This document shows positions 11,200 through 24,100 of a DNA stretch of 64,000 bases, piece after piece. Each line of letters opens with the position of its first letter. Position 1 is the stretch's first letter. Both the position numbers and the translations under genes were made by a program. This DNA comes from Eledone cirrhosa (Eukaryota). The notes beneath the pieces are model-generated. The model was not told the origin of the DNA. It did not search any database and saw nothing but the letters and a program-made list of their open reading frames with translations. Location: NCBI GenBank assembly GCA_964016885.1, contig OZ024741.1:110918001-110982000 (forward strand). Direction: 5' to 3'.

Positions 11200-11755
11200 A
11201 TCAGATTTATTTAAAAGTTAGACTGAAATGTCGCTGTAGTAGGCTTCTCGACTCCACAAGTTCAGAATGCTAGTCGTTTCGCTTGCCATACCAATCTAAA
11301 CATAATTATTAAACAGGTTCTGGCTTAAATAAACATCCCCTCAATTCTGGAGTCGACTGGATGTCCAGAGTTGATGGGAAGAGACTAGATGGTCTTACAC
11401 TTTGTCCCTGAGTAAGAAGTAGATCTCATTTGGGACGTCACAGTCAATGATTCTTTTTCTCCTTTCTACATCCCGAATGCGCCGGTAAATATGAGGGCCA
11501 CTGCTTGCGTAGCCGAACGGAATAAACTTCTAAAACACTGGTAATTATCGACAAACTATTTTTTCCAGACTGACTTTCAAAACATTTGGAGGAGCTGGGT
11601 TGCTGACAACGAAATTCTTGTCATCGTTGGCGACTTGCCTTACCGAGGTATCAAGGGATGCCCGTGGAGGTGCTTAGTTGTTCCAGCGTCGTAGTCTCGC
11701 TATCATCCACGGTAATACTGCCAGTATGCTGGTTTGCTTCAAGAAGTATTAGCGG
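11200..11755 (+). mobile_element. Degenerate CRE-clade RLE fragment
   Basis: Decayed NIPSILE..DGKR.DGLTLCP..WDVTV..FQ...ETFGG..FQR..LAI..GN. Confidence 0.7.
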
Positions 11756-11946
11756 GAGGCTCTGATACCCTTAGTGGTACGTGACCAAATGACAAACTTT
11801 GTGCTGAATTAATATTTTCTTTCGTTTTGATTCGATTTTATGTGAAATATCTATGTAATTTAGTAATACAGATATATGTGTGTATGTATTGAATTTTAAC
11901 AGCTATACCATTTGTTTTGTAATTTCAAACCAAATAGCCTGTGATT

Positions 11947-12127
11947 ATTGGCAGTATCGGTAGAGGGTCGGACGCCATGCTTTCCAGCATAGTTACGTCC
12001 CTTTACGATCTGAGTTCAAATCCCGCCGAGGTTGACTTTGCCTTTCATCCTTACGGGGTCGATAAAATAAAGTACCAGTAATGCACTGGGTAATTTGCTG
12101 GCCTTGTGCCTAAAGTAGAAACAATTA
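11947..12127 (+). mobile_element. tRNA-derived SINE family A (representative copy)
   Basis: A box TGGCAGTATCGG, B box GAGTTCAAATCCC, core GCCGAGGTTAACTTTGCCTTTCATCCTTACGGGGTCGATAAAATAAAGTACCAG, tail GGCCTTGTGCCTAAAGTAGAAACAATTA. Other + copies at ~709-810, 13374-13668 (3' half duplicated), 13679-13888, 17409-17595, 17840-18030, 20166-20230, 22326-22440, 27219-27404, 53322-53504, 55230-55480. - copies at 24854-25022, 29013-29127, 47604-47763, 58633-58840. Confidence 0.85.
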
Positions 12128-13924
12128 TCTACAAATAAATATCCAAGAACGATAATTCAATAGTTCAATTTTGCTTTGAGGGTTATCTCCCGTGATTAGG
12201 TCAACATTTAGGCTAAAGTCTTGACAAACAGGTTTATCGATGTTTCAGGTCTGTCTATCTAAATCTATATTTTTCCATTTAAATTATATATATATGTGTA
12301 TGTTTACCTCTGCATATGTCTATTTACCTCCTTATATGCCTGTTACCACTGTGTGCGCGGTTAATTACATATCTTCATACTTAATCGTCAAACTTCAAAT
12401 ATATTTATTTATATATTTACTTATTTATTGCCCTGAACAAAAACACTTAAATTATCTGTCATTACCAGGTGTTGGTGTTTACTAATTACCCCACCACCAC
12501 GGATTTCTTCTGTTCTATCTATTTACCTTTGGGTACATTTCCCATCCCACCCCCATCTATAGTTGTATATTTACCTGTCTGCTTACCCGAATAATCTCTT
12601 ACGCCTTCGTTTAGTTATTTATTTATTTATAAATCTCTAATGCACTTAACATTCTCTATATATACAAGCGAGCTCAAGTAACCTTCCATGAACGCAACAG
12701 TATAGAGTCCGGCTAAACCTTTCCAGGAGTATGCCACAACCATAACAATAACTAGCGGCGTGGTCACTCAACCTGCTAAATATAACAGCCAAATTCCCCT
12801 CAAATCACACCTCCGTTTAAAAAGAAATGATGCATTAGATCAAAGGTCTCAAAGAAAGCGACCCACGAATTAGTTTTCTATGGTCCGTGCTAGAACAATG
12901 TTCGTAGCTAATATTTTCCTAAAGTTGGTAATTTCTCCCTCCTGTATGCATGTATGTATATATGTAGATGTGTATATACGTTTATATATATATATATATA
13001 TTTTTTTTTTAAATTTAAAACACAATTTGTACTAATTGACATATCCTACTTACTGTCATATATGCATTCATTTTAACGAAAAAAATAAATAAATAGCAAG
13101 CAGCCTATTGGTTCTATTGCAGATTAGCATTATCACTGGTGGAAATCATATGCCCCACTCTCACTTTTGGCCCGCACTACCCCAAGACGTAATAGCCCTT
13201 GAGTTTGAGGATCCTCATTAGACAGTGTAGCCCCACACACTTCTAAAAAAATGGGATAGTCATGGCTGAAATGCCTTTTAATCACAAGATCTGCTCAATT
13301 AAGCCCGACCTGAGTCTGCAGAGTTTCGGAATAAGCACCTATTCCTTAACCTATCATTATTATTAATAGCCGAGGTGGATTGGCAGTATCGGTAGAGAGT
13401 CGGACACCATGCTTTGAAGCATAGCGTTACGTCCCTTTATGATCTGAGTTCAAATGCCGCCGAGGTTAACTTTGCCTTTCATCCTTACGGGGTCGATAAA
13501 ATAAAGTACCAGTAATGTACTGGGTAATTGCTGGCCTTGTGCCTAAAATAGAAACAATTATTAATAGCCGAGGTTAACTTTACCTTTCATCCTTACGGGG
13601 TCGATAAAATAAAGTACCAGTAATGTACTATGATAATACTGGCCTTGTGCCAAAAGCAGAAACAATTATTATTAATAGGACGGAAGATTGGCAGTATTGG
13701 TAGAGCGTCGGACATTATACTTTGCAGGATATAGTTATGACCCTTTACGTTCTGAGTTCAAATCATGAGGTTAGCTTTGCTTCTCATCCTTAAAAGGTCG
13801 ATAAAATAAAATACCAGTAATGCACTGGCGTCGATGTAATCGACTTTACTCTTCCCCAAAATGGTTGGCCTTGTGCCTATAGTAGAAATTTTCACTATAA
13901 TTTTTTTCTATTGTGTATCATTAC

Positions 13925-15495
13925 TGCTCTACCAAGCACCGGTCTGTGCGCCTTGGGTATGGGTAGTGTAGTTTTTGCTGGTGGTGTTTCTGTTGCATTG
14001 ATAGTACTTTTTAGAATATGTGTGCAGTGCCTAGTAGTGCTAATTTTTGTATGCTGTATATATTTGTAAGTCCTGGGGGTTGGGTTATGTATTTGCTTGT
14101 GTGTTTTTTTTTATCATTCCCAGAGCATCTATTATTATAGGTATTGTTTCAGTTTTCATTTTCCGCATTCGAGTTATTTCTATCTCTAGATGTTTATATT
14201 TGGAGAGTTTCTCCATTTCTTTGAAAGATATATTGTCATCTGAGGCGATTGATATATCTTTTAGAAGGCATTTTTTTTAATGATCTTTGACTATAATATC
14301 TGATCAGTTGGCTTTCATCTCTCTGTCTGTATGTATTGGCATATCCCAGAGAATGGTTACTTTGTCATTCTCTGACACTTTTTCTAGTGTGTGTTTGTAC
14401 CATCTTTTTTCTGTTGGTATTTCATAATGCTGGCATAATTTCCAGTGTATGAAGGTCCCAACAGTATCATGTCTGTGGATATATTTTTTTTTTGGCTAGA
14501 GCTGGGCATCCAGAGACTATGTGGTTGATTGTTTCTTCCCTATCTCCACATAATCTACAGTTACTTATTGTGCTTTGTTTCATTATGTACTTCTGGTAGT
14601 TTCTGGTGGGTAGACTTTGGTCTTGTGCTGCAATTAGAAATCCTTCCATCTCAGCTTTTAGTCCAGTGCTTCAGAGCCAGTTTTGTGTGTTTTCTTTGTC
14701 TACTTCTTTTCTATATAGCTTTTTGGGGTATTGGCCATGTAACGATTTCTTTTGCCATCGTTTTAACATGGCATTCTGGAGGTCAGTTTTCAATTTAAAT
14801 TTTATGCCTTTCTCAATTTCGGGGGTGGGGGGTGGTTCTTCTTTGTTTTCATTTTCCTCACAATCATCTGTTAGTCCAGTTTCTGATTTGAATTTTTTGG
14901 CTTCCTTGAAGACTGAGAACAGTTTTTTGTTTTGTTTATGTTTTGTGGCTATTTGTATTAGGTTTCCTTTGTTTTTATTAGGTATTTTTGTAGTCCTGCA
15001 GTAATAATTTTATAAGAGGTTTCTAGTTGCATAAGACTCCTATTTCTTTGTGTTCTAGATATAATCTTTCTACGTCTGATTTTGGATGGTGTATTCTAAA
15101 TGTGGTCGTTAATTTTTTTTTTCTTTTAGTGTCCAGTTCAGAATGTTAAAGCTGTAGCTCATTACTGTGATTGCTAAAGTGTTGATGCCAATCACCATAT
15201 TCTTTGCATTTAGTTCAGTTTTGAGTATTAACTTAATTCTTCTGTAGTATTCTTTTCTAATCTTTCCTTTCATCTGTGTGTATTGAATCTTGTCTAGTTC
15301 ATTGATTCCTAAGTATTTGTATGTCTGAGTTTGATCTAGTTTTCTTATTTCTGTTTCTTTATCTAACAATATTAGTGTTTTTCACTAGTTTCCCTTTCTT
15401 CAGAATTGCCATGGCACATTCTCTAGTCCAAATTTCATGCTTTTGTGAATCCGTGTACAGTTTGTAGCAGTGTTTGGAGTTGTTTTTCATTTGTT
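13925..15495 (-). mobile_element. Degenerate R4/Dong-like (RLE-type) non-LTR retrotransposon fragment
   Basis: YKYLG...YYRRIKLILKTELNAKN; EGFLIAAQDQSLPTRNY...CRLCGDREETINHIVSGC; adjacent (TTA)n at 15494-15518. Confidence 0.72.
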
Positions 15496-15524
15496 ATTAT
15501 TATTATTATTATTATTAATGATTT

Positions 15525-16205
15525 CTTTATCAGCCACACATTAAGAAAACATTAAAGATGGCACAGAACTGTATAATGTGGCTTTTTTTTTTCATGTAAA
15601 AAAGGTTTTCAAAAACAACAAACATAAAAATTTGAACAAAATAAAATTCCTCAATGGAGCGAAACTTCCAATGATCACTTATGGAGAAAACCCACAAAAA
15701 GTCATGGTCACCCTGATTGCTAGGACAAGTGCCCTCTCCCGTTGTTCTCCTCCAATCAACAGGTACATACTCAGCCGGCCCATTCACTCAGGCCATGCTC
15801 ACCATTCTCACCCACCTTTCAACAAACTGGTTGGAAAGTAGCACTTCCCTCTCCACTCTCATTTTTCTCTTCAAGTGAAACCTGAAAAAGTTAATCAGGA
15901 CTTTACCAAAGAGGAATGTGCTTGTCTTCAACCCTTTCAAATGTGTCCACTACACAACCTCTTTCGTCATAGCCACCAGGCAGTTAAAAACTGCGTGTGT
16001 TTCCCGACCAAAGGAAGGAAGCAGGGCAATCATCATGATGGACTCAGCTGATAGGCAGATCTGCCCTACACATGACAACAGGTATTTGACATAAACCCAC
16101 ATGTCAGCAATACTTTGACACTTGACAAGTGCAAGCAGGATGGTTTCATCACCTTGTGCACATCTCAGACAGGCTCAGCTGATGGCAATTCTATGTACCA
16201 TCAAC
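15525..16205 (-). mobile_element. Old L1/Tx1-like LINE 3' end, inverted partner of 16400-17385
   Basis: Reverse-complement similarity to 16680-17385, which encodes CPRC...DETILHALVxCPSIADLWVYV. Confidence 0.6.
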
Positions 16206-16399
16206 TTAGGCTTTACTTTATAGACAGGGTCTGGTTACTGGAAGCTAAATGCATCCTTTCTGGTGCACAAGGCCTGCAGATACCAAATTAGTGAATTAGA
16301 CAATCAGGCATTGGTGGGGGAAATAATGGACTGAGCATGCCATGGCTGATGATGCGCAAAAATGCAGTGACTACAACATCTACAGTATTTCCTATATGG

Positions 16400-17385
16400 T
16401 GAACATGTGTGGTCACTGTTTGCCAGACACGTATTTTCCCAGCTTGTCTCTTTGACAAAGCTGCAATCCTGAGTCAAGCAAAGACCAAGAAGGAATGCTT
16501 GGAAACCGGAATATCTTCAGGCATTGCAATTAGTGGAAAATTCCCTTTGGCATTCTATAGAGGATTAGTAGCAGGGAAAAGTAACGACAGAGAACTCTTG
16601 CCCTGGAAGGATGGATAACTTCCAGAAATCTTTGACCTGGCAGTGCTATTGGGAAGCATTGCCAGTTTGAGACAAACTCTAGAGGCACAGAAGTTCTGTC
16701 AGCTGCACTTGTCCAAGATGCATACATGGTGATGAAACTATCCTGCATGCACTTGTCTAGTGCCCGAGCATTGCTGACCTGTGGGTTTATGTCAAACAGC
16801 TGCTGTCACATGTGGGATGAATCCGGCTCTCAGCTGAAACCATAGTGAAGATTGCTCCATCATCTTTTAACTGGGAAGAGCAGGTAGTTTTTAGATGCCT
16901 GGTGACCAAGGCAAAAGTGGTTGCATGGTAAATGCAATTAAAATAGCTGAAGCCAAACACTTTCCAAAGCCAGTTTCTCAACTTCTTTTCACATGAAAAG
17001 GAAAATTCGGGTGGAGAGGGAAATATTGCCTTCCAGCCATTTTGTTGTAAGGTGCATAAGAGTGGCAAGCATGGTCTGAGTGAACGGGCCTGCCCTGAGT
17101 ATATGCTTGCAAATTGGAGCTGAAAAACTGAGAGAAAGCAGTTGCCCTAGTGATCATGGCAACCATGGTTTTATGGATTTTTTCCATGAGTAGCCCTCAG
17201 ACATCTCTTCCCTATTGAGGAATTCCCATGGTTATAATTTTTATTGTTACTTCTTTTTTATTTCATTAAATCTATTTACCCCCCCCCCCCATCCTTCATA
17301 CATAACACACACTCAATATTTTGTCATGTGCTGTACTTAATGTTTTCTTAATGTAAACCCTTTGTGGTTAATTTAATGAATCATT
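16400..17385 (+). mobile_element. Old L1/Tx1-like LINE 3' end
   Basis: CCHC-type CPRCIHGDETILHALVxCPSIADLWVYV near 16710-16795. Confidence 0.62.
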
Positions 17386-18058
17386 ATTGTTGTTATTATT
17401 ATCTGACTGTGGATTGGCAGTATCAGTAGAGGGTCGAACACCATGCTTTGACGCAAAGTGTTACATCCCTTTACGATCTGAGTTCAAATCCCGCCAAGGT
17501 TAACTTTGCCTTTCATCCTTACGGAGTCGATAAAATAAAGAACCAGTAATGTACTGGGTAATTGCTGGCCTTGTGCCAAAAGTAGAAACAATTATTATTA
17601 TCTGACTGCTTTTCTAAGTTGGAGAAAGGAAACCAGGAGAGAGTACTTTCAATGCTGGTAAGATGACAGAGTAATCCAGGGTTTTGTTTGAGGTTTCTGC
17701 CTGGGATTACCCTAAAGTGCCGTCCCTCACTATTGAGGAACTTTTCTTTGTTGATTTGTATTGTTTTCATTTCAGTGCTATCTCTTTTCCTTAATTTAAT
17801 GTAAACTCCCTTTTGTGTTGTGCTGTCAGAACTGATGGGGTGGCAGATAAAATACCATTGTGGTATTTGTTCTGGCTCTTTAAATTCAGAGTTTAAGTCT
17901 CTTCGAGGTCAACTTTGCATTTCATCCTCCTAAGTTAGATAAAATAAAGTACCAGTTAAGTACTGTGATGTAAATAATCAACTTTCCCCTCTCCCAAAAT
18001 TGTTGACCTTGTGCCTAAATCAGAAACCATTATTATTATTATTATTATTATTGGCAGG

Positions 18059-18182
18059 ATGATGTCTGAAGCAATTAAGCAAATAATTTCAACAGAAGAG
18101 AAAACTTTCCAACATCAAGACTCTTTACTTTCCTTGCCATGTCCAGATTTAAAGAAAACTCTGCAGAAATACTTGGATTCAG
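18059..18182 (+). CDS. CROT: CROT coding exon 1 (MMSEAIKQ...QKYLDS)
   Basis: AG at 18056-57, ATG at 18059, GT at 18183. Confidence 0.88.
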
Positions 18183-21100
18183 GTAAAATTTATTTCATCT
18201 TTTCATTATTATATATTAAATGGGAATCCACGAAGTATGTGTAGTGTCTATTGTGTTTCTTGGTGAGTTTGAAATCTAGCTGATGTGTATGTTCACCTGA
18301 ATGTTAAGTAATCAACTGGTTGGCTTAGTTTTGCAGATAGTTTAGTCATTTGCATCACTGACATGGCATTCATCTGGGCATCTCTGAAGTTTTGTACCTA
18401 ACAGGAAGTGGGTGTCCAGGTGTGAAGTTTTGTACCTAACAGGAAGTGGAAGTCTAGCTCTAATGTTCAGCACCTAACAGGAAGAGTCCAGTTTATTGAT
18501 TCATTTCTCAATGCCTGCCTTTCAATATCTGAATGAGGAGAGTTTGTGCAGTAGTTATATGATGATCAAACATGACTAGATGTTTTTTAATGAACTACTG
18601 ATTACTGTGTACAGTAGTAAGATGTTAAGTGTAAATCCTGTATATGCAGTTAAGGTTATTTTATATTTGTGATTGTCATGATTTTGGCTGAATACCCTTC
18701 CTACTACTTTACAACATGGACTTGCTGTCACCAGCACTAGTGACATTGTCAGCCAGGACTTAAGTGTCCATTTGACACTCTGTTTTTTATTCACAGTTAC
18801 CACTCTCCAAAACAGGTTGCCTTCACTGTGGTCTGTGGAATTCAGTGTTTGCTCTTCTAGTTGGATTGCTTTAATATGGCTTGCATCTCTTCATAATGAT
18901 GCTGAGGGTGTGAACTAGCAGGGTTGTTCAGGTGGGAGCGAGAATATAAAGTTTATGATGAACCATTGATTTGGTTTAAAGGGTATGGATTTCTAGAAAT
19001 GGAAGTCAGTAGGGACTTAGAGATGACTGGTAGGTTGAGATAATTGGTGTAAAGGCACCTGCTTGGCTGTATATTTCATGATATGGGGAAGAGTACCCGC
19101 CCATATACTACTGGCTAACATGTTTACTTGCTTAAGAAAATTTATTTGAAATACAATGTGATTTCTACAAATTAACAAAAAAGTAATTATTTATGTCTAT
19201 AGTTCAGCCTCATGTGTCTCATGAAGAATTCCAAGAGACATTGAAAATAGTTAAAAAATTTGCTGACGATGCTGGAGCAAGATTGCATAGACTCTTGGAG
19301 GAAAAAGCCAAAAATGAGCGTAACTGGGTAAGTTGACCCTGTTTGACCTTTCATATTTTAGCTAGTATGTCTTAAGTATAATATTTAAACAGGGGAATGG
19401 AGAACAGACTTCAATGGTGTATACATCACATTGGTCTGTTCCCCTGTTTTTGAGCTTGTAATGCATTGGAAACAACCTCATTGCATAGGATGGTGTCAGA
19501 TGATCTAGCATTACTGGTTGTGTGATTGAATCATCATGTGGCCAGGATCACATTTTTTCACGCTCAGAGTTGCTGAAGCATGGAACAAACTACCTGCATC
19601 AGTTGTTAGCTGTCGAGACACTGCATCCTTTAAAGCCTCCATGCTTCCCGAGATCTGCCAACACTACAGCTAACACATACACACATGTACTTCCCTGACA
19701 TTTGTGTATTATTCTATGTACTATATTGACGAGTTGTGGTGCACCTGAGCACTTTACACAATAATTTCATTATTATTATTATTTTAAATTACCATTGAAA
19801 TATGTATCACAGCTTTATGAATAAAGGAATTTTGAACATCTACATCAGACCTTTGCAATTATCCTTATTGTACATATACTCGATCACGGACTCACAAATT
19901 ATCTCTGGAAGAATACACATGACACTGAGTGCTTAAATCTAATTGCATTGTTGTTCACTGATTGGTGTGTTGCAAACACAACCCTGATTAGCCAATGTTT
20001 TTATTATAAATACAATGTTATATAGTAAAGTATTGAACTATAGGAGCGCTGAGTTTCATCCTTACAGAATTGATAAAATGAAGTACTGGGGTAAATTTAA
20101 TAGACTTTCCTCTCCAAATTGTTGGCCTTGTGCCTAAATCAGAAACCATTATTTATAGCAATTGTCGATAAAATAAAGTACCAGTAATGCACTGGGTAAT
20201 TGCTGGCCTTGTGCTTAAAGTAGAAACAATTATTTATAGCAATTGACTATATTTACAATAGTTTACGTCAATGTTTAATTTTATTCTTATTCTTTGTGAA
20301 TGCCACTGTATTCAACAGTTGGAGAAATGGTGGGAAGACCTTGCCTATTTGGAGACACGAACCCCTTGTGCCCCACTCATCAATACAGGAGGGGAAGGAC
20401 CCTATCACAGACATTTCTGGCCAGCAGAATTAGGGACACAAATACAACGATGTGCCCTCTGTCTCTATTACACCCTTGAGTTTTGGCAAATGATCAGACA
20501 GTAATCACTCTTTTTTTTTATCTCTCTTTCTCTTTCTCTCTCTTTCTCTCTATATGTCTCTATTTCTCTTTCGTTCTCTCTTTCTTTCCTTCTTATTTTC
20601 TCTCTCTTTCTCCACACCTCTCTCTTACTTTTTGTTCTTCCTGCCACTACTTCTACCTCATTCCCTTCTCTACTCTGGCCATTATTCATCTTCTTATAGT
20701 ATGAAGATAAGCTGTCTTGGTCCATCCTCAGCAAAACTCTATTGGACCATCTCTGTTTCACCATATAGTCGCTTCACAAACCCTGGTACCACAGCCCGCC
20801 TTGCAGAGGAAAGGAAAATAAACAAATACCGGAGATTGTCCGGTCACTTCCTGTTTGCACCGGTTGCCGTCGAGACCTCAGACATACTTGTAAGCTGTAC
20901 TGCCAAGCTCCTCCACAAGATCGGAACATTGGTGGCCTGTCTGAGGAAGGAGCCCTGCGAGGTGGGGTGGCTGTTGCAGCGGGCGTCACTGGTCATTGTC
21001 CGCAGAAATGCTTTTGTGGTCTTGTCTCTTTACCGCTGCGCCCTAGGATCAGAGCCCAATCATCCTCCCCCTCCTTCTGTGGCATGAGAGTTCTTGCCAT

Positions 21101-24100
21101 TCTCCCGCTTTTCCGTTTTTTTTTCTTTCGCTTTTTTCTTTATATTTTCCTATTTTACATCCCATTCTTCTCAATCTAAATTTTCTTTTTTTTCTTTTTC
21201 TATTAACCTGTATTTACATTTACAATTAGATGAACCTCATGAAATTCCATGGCTTTTGGCAACAACTGAGACACAGTACTTATTTTCATATATCTTTGTA
21301 CAATCACACATAATTTTGTTCAAATAATTTATCATCTGTGAATGGATAGAAGAGCTGGAAAATGGAATTATTTTTTTTAATTTTGCTTCACCACTTAATT
21401 AATAACCTTTCCTAGCAGGTAGAAACGGACGTTAAATGATGATGATGATAATCATTATACTGTCAATATAATTATTGCATTGTTGTATATTTAGAATTAT
21501 TATGCCATTAATTATAAATTCATACCATTAATTTGAAATGTTAGAATCCAAACACAAAAATCGTTATAAATAATAACTTTAGAAAATTGGGCAAAATACC
21601 TTTAATGGCATAAAAGAAATGGACCGTAGCTGCTACAGATAATTAAACTTAGTGTCTCTCAAATTTTTGGCCAGAATTCAAGAGAGACAGAATTTGATTC
21701 TCTATAGTCGCGAACTGGCAGAGTCAGTAGAACGTTGGATAGAATGCTTTTTGGTATTCATTTCACCTCTTTGCTCTCTGAGTTCAAATCACTGTCAAGG
21801 TCAACATTGCCTTTCATCAATCCATCCATTCGAAATTGATAAAAACAGCACCAGTCAAGTACTGGAGCCAATTTTTCTTCTATATCTGTTTCTATGTTCC
21901 ATTCTCACATTCTCTATCTTTCTCTGAAAGATATCTGCTGTATTTAGACCTGGAGAGGATTTGGCTCCTCCAGGTTTTATAATGCCCTAGAAATGCCATA
22001 TGTCAATACAGTACCCCTACAACTCCCTCAGGAGTTATGGGACCATGCATGCAGTGGCTGCTGACCACTCTTTTAATAATATTTTATCCCATTTTTTAAA
22101 GCTATTATAGCAACTTCTGTGTTTGGATTCTAACATTTCCAATTTCAAATTACCCAAACACCTAAAAAAATCCTAAGATTTGTATCAATAATTTGATACT
22201 GTGTTACATACTCTATTTTTAGTATATTTTTAGTGATAGTCTTTCCATCTTGTTTTCCTTGCTTATTAGTATTAACTCCTGTATTTACCCAAAATACATG
22301 CATAAGGCAGCACCCCAGCGAATCTGCCCTCAAATCCTGCCGAGATTAACTTTGCCTTTCATCATTATGGGGTCGATAAAATAAAGAACCAGTAATGCAC
22401 TGGGATAATTGTTGACCCTGTGCCTAAAGTAGGAACAATTATTAAAATGGAAAAATGATTGAGTTTTAGAAAAATATTAGTCATGTAAATTGTTCTGACA
22501 AAGGTCATAAGAAGGTAGTTTATAGGATGTGTGTAGCCTATGGGCTGCATGTTTGAGACCCCTGCTCTAGACACTACAACATATAACTGTCCATAACTAA
22601 ATATTTGTTAAGGTAAATAAAACCCTATCTTATTAAATGTTTCACTCTGTATTTTATTAATTGTCATTGAATAAACTTATCTAACAGGAAACTGAGTTCT
22701 TTGCAAAAAGTTAAATTTTATTCATTGTTTAACATCAGGTATTAATGTAAATTCTTGTCTGAAAGATCATCATCAGCATCGTTATTATTATTGTTTAATG
22801 TCTATTTTCTACGCTTGCATGGGTTAGACAAGGTGTCATGTTATGAGGCTAGACAGGTCAGGTGACATGCTCATACAGATCTGTATTTTGGCTTGGTTTC
22901 TATGACTGGATGCCTTTCCTAACACCAACCATGTTACAGTGTGGACTGTGTGATTGTACTAAAGTATATTCAAGGATTGGTGTTTTCTAACCCTTTTAAT
23001 ACCAACCTACTGCCTCTGGTTCTATGAAACAAGTTCACCCATTTTAAAGTAAAATCTTCCAATATAATTTTATATAAAAACTTTTTTGTTAAATTATGTT
23101 ACAGATAAATTTTAATAATTCCCTTCAAATTCTTCATTAATTCCATACCACCACCACCACAACAACAACAACACTACCATCAACACTATTATACCTGTTC
23201 TAAAGCTATATATGCATCTTATTCCAGTGAGACTTTACGTCCACAACAGAACAGGTCTGGTCAGTATCTGTGTATGAGTCAGTACCACAATATATTTACT
23301 ACCTGCCGTGTACCTGGTATCAACAAGGATCGTCTTTTGTGTCACTTTAAAACTGGTATGATCTCTAACATTATCACTATCATCATGATCATCATTATCA
23401 TCATCATCTTCACATCAATATCATCACCATCATCATCATCATCATCAAAAATACCATCATCACCACCATCATAATCTGTTTTTCTATTCTCTCTGTTTTT
23501 CCATGCTTTTAAGTAGAATGTTGCTGTTGCTGTTGAGCCATCTTTTATACAACTTCATTCCCACCTCTAGACCCTTTTTTAGGTCGATTTTATATGACCC
23601 CTTGAGATGACCCCCTGTAGTCTTGTTGAGAACATGACACCTTCTCTAGTGCTGGTGCCACCATAAAATGTAACCAGTCCACTGTAAAGTAGTAGTGCTG
23701 ATGCCACAATAAAACACACCCAGTTTACTCTGTAAAGTATTAGTGCTGGTTAGTGCTGGTGATATGATAAAATGCACCCAATCCACTTTGTAAATTTGTA
23801 TTGCTGGCATCACAATAAAATGCACCCATTACACTGTAATGTGGTGCTTCTGGTACATTAATAAAATGCACCCAATCCACACTGTAAAGTGTTAGTACTG
23901 GTGTCACAATAAAATGCTCTCAGCCCGCTCTATAATGTGGTTGTGCTGGTGCCATGATAAAAAGCTTCTAGTATACTTTGTGTAGTGGTTGGCATTATGA
24001 AAGGCCTTAAATCATGATAACCTGTCCAACCCATGCATGTATAGAAAGCATATGTAAAATGATGACAATGATGATGACTTTTGTCATATTGCCTATTTAC

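Noticed and set aside
11947-12030. tRNA gene (A and B boxes)
   Set aside because: No full cloverleaf; always fused to the same core and tail, so it is a SINE head.
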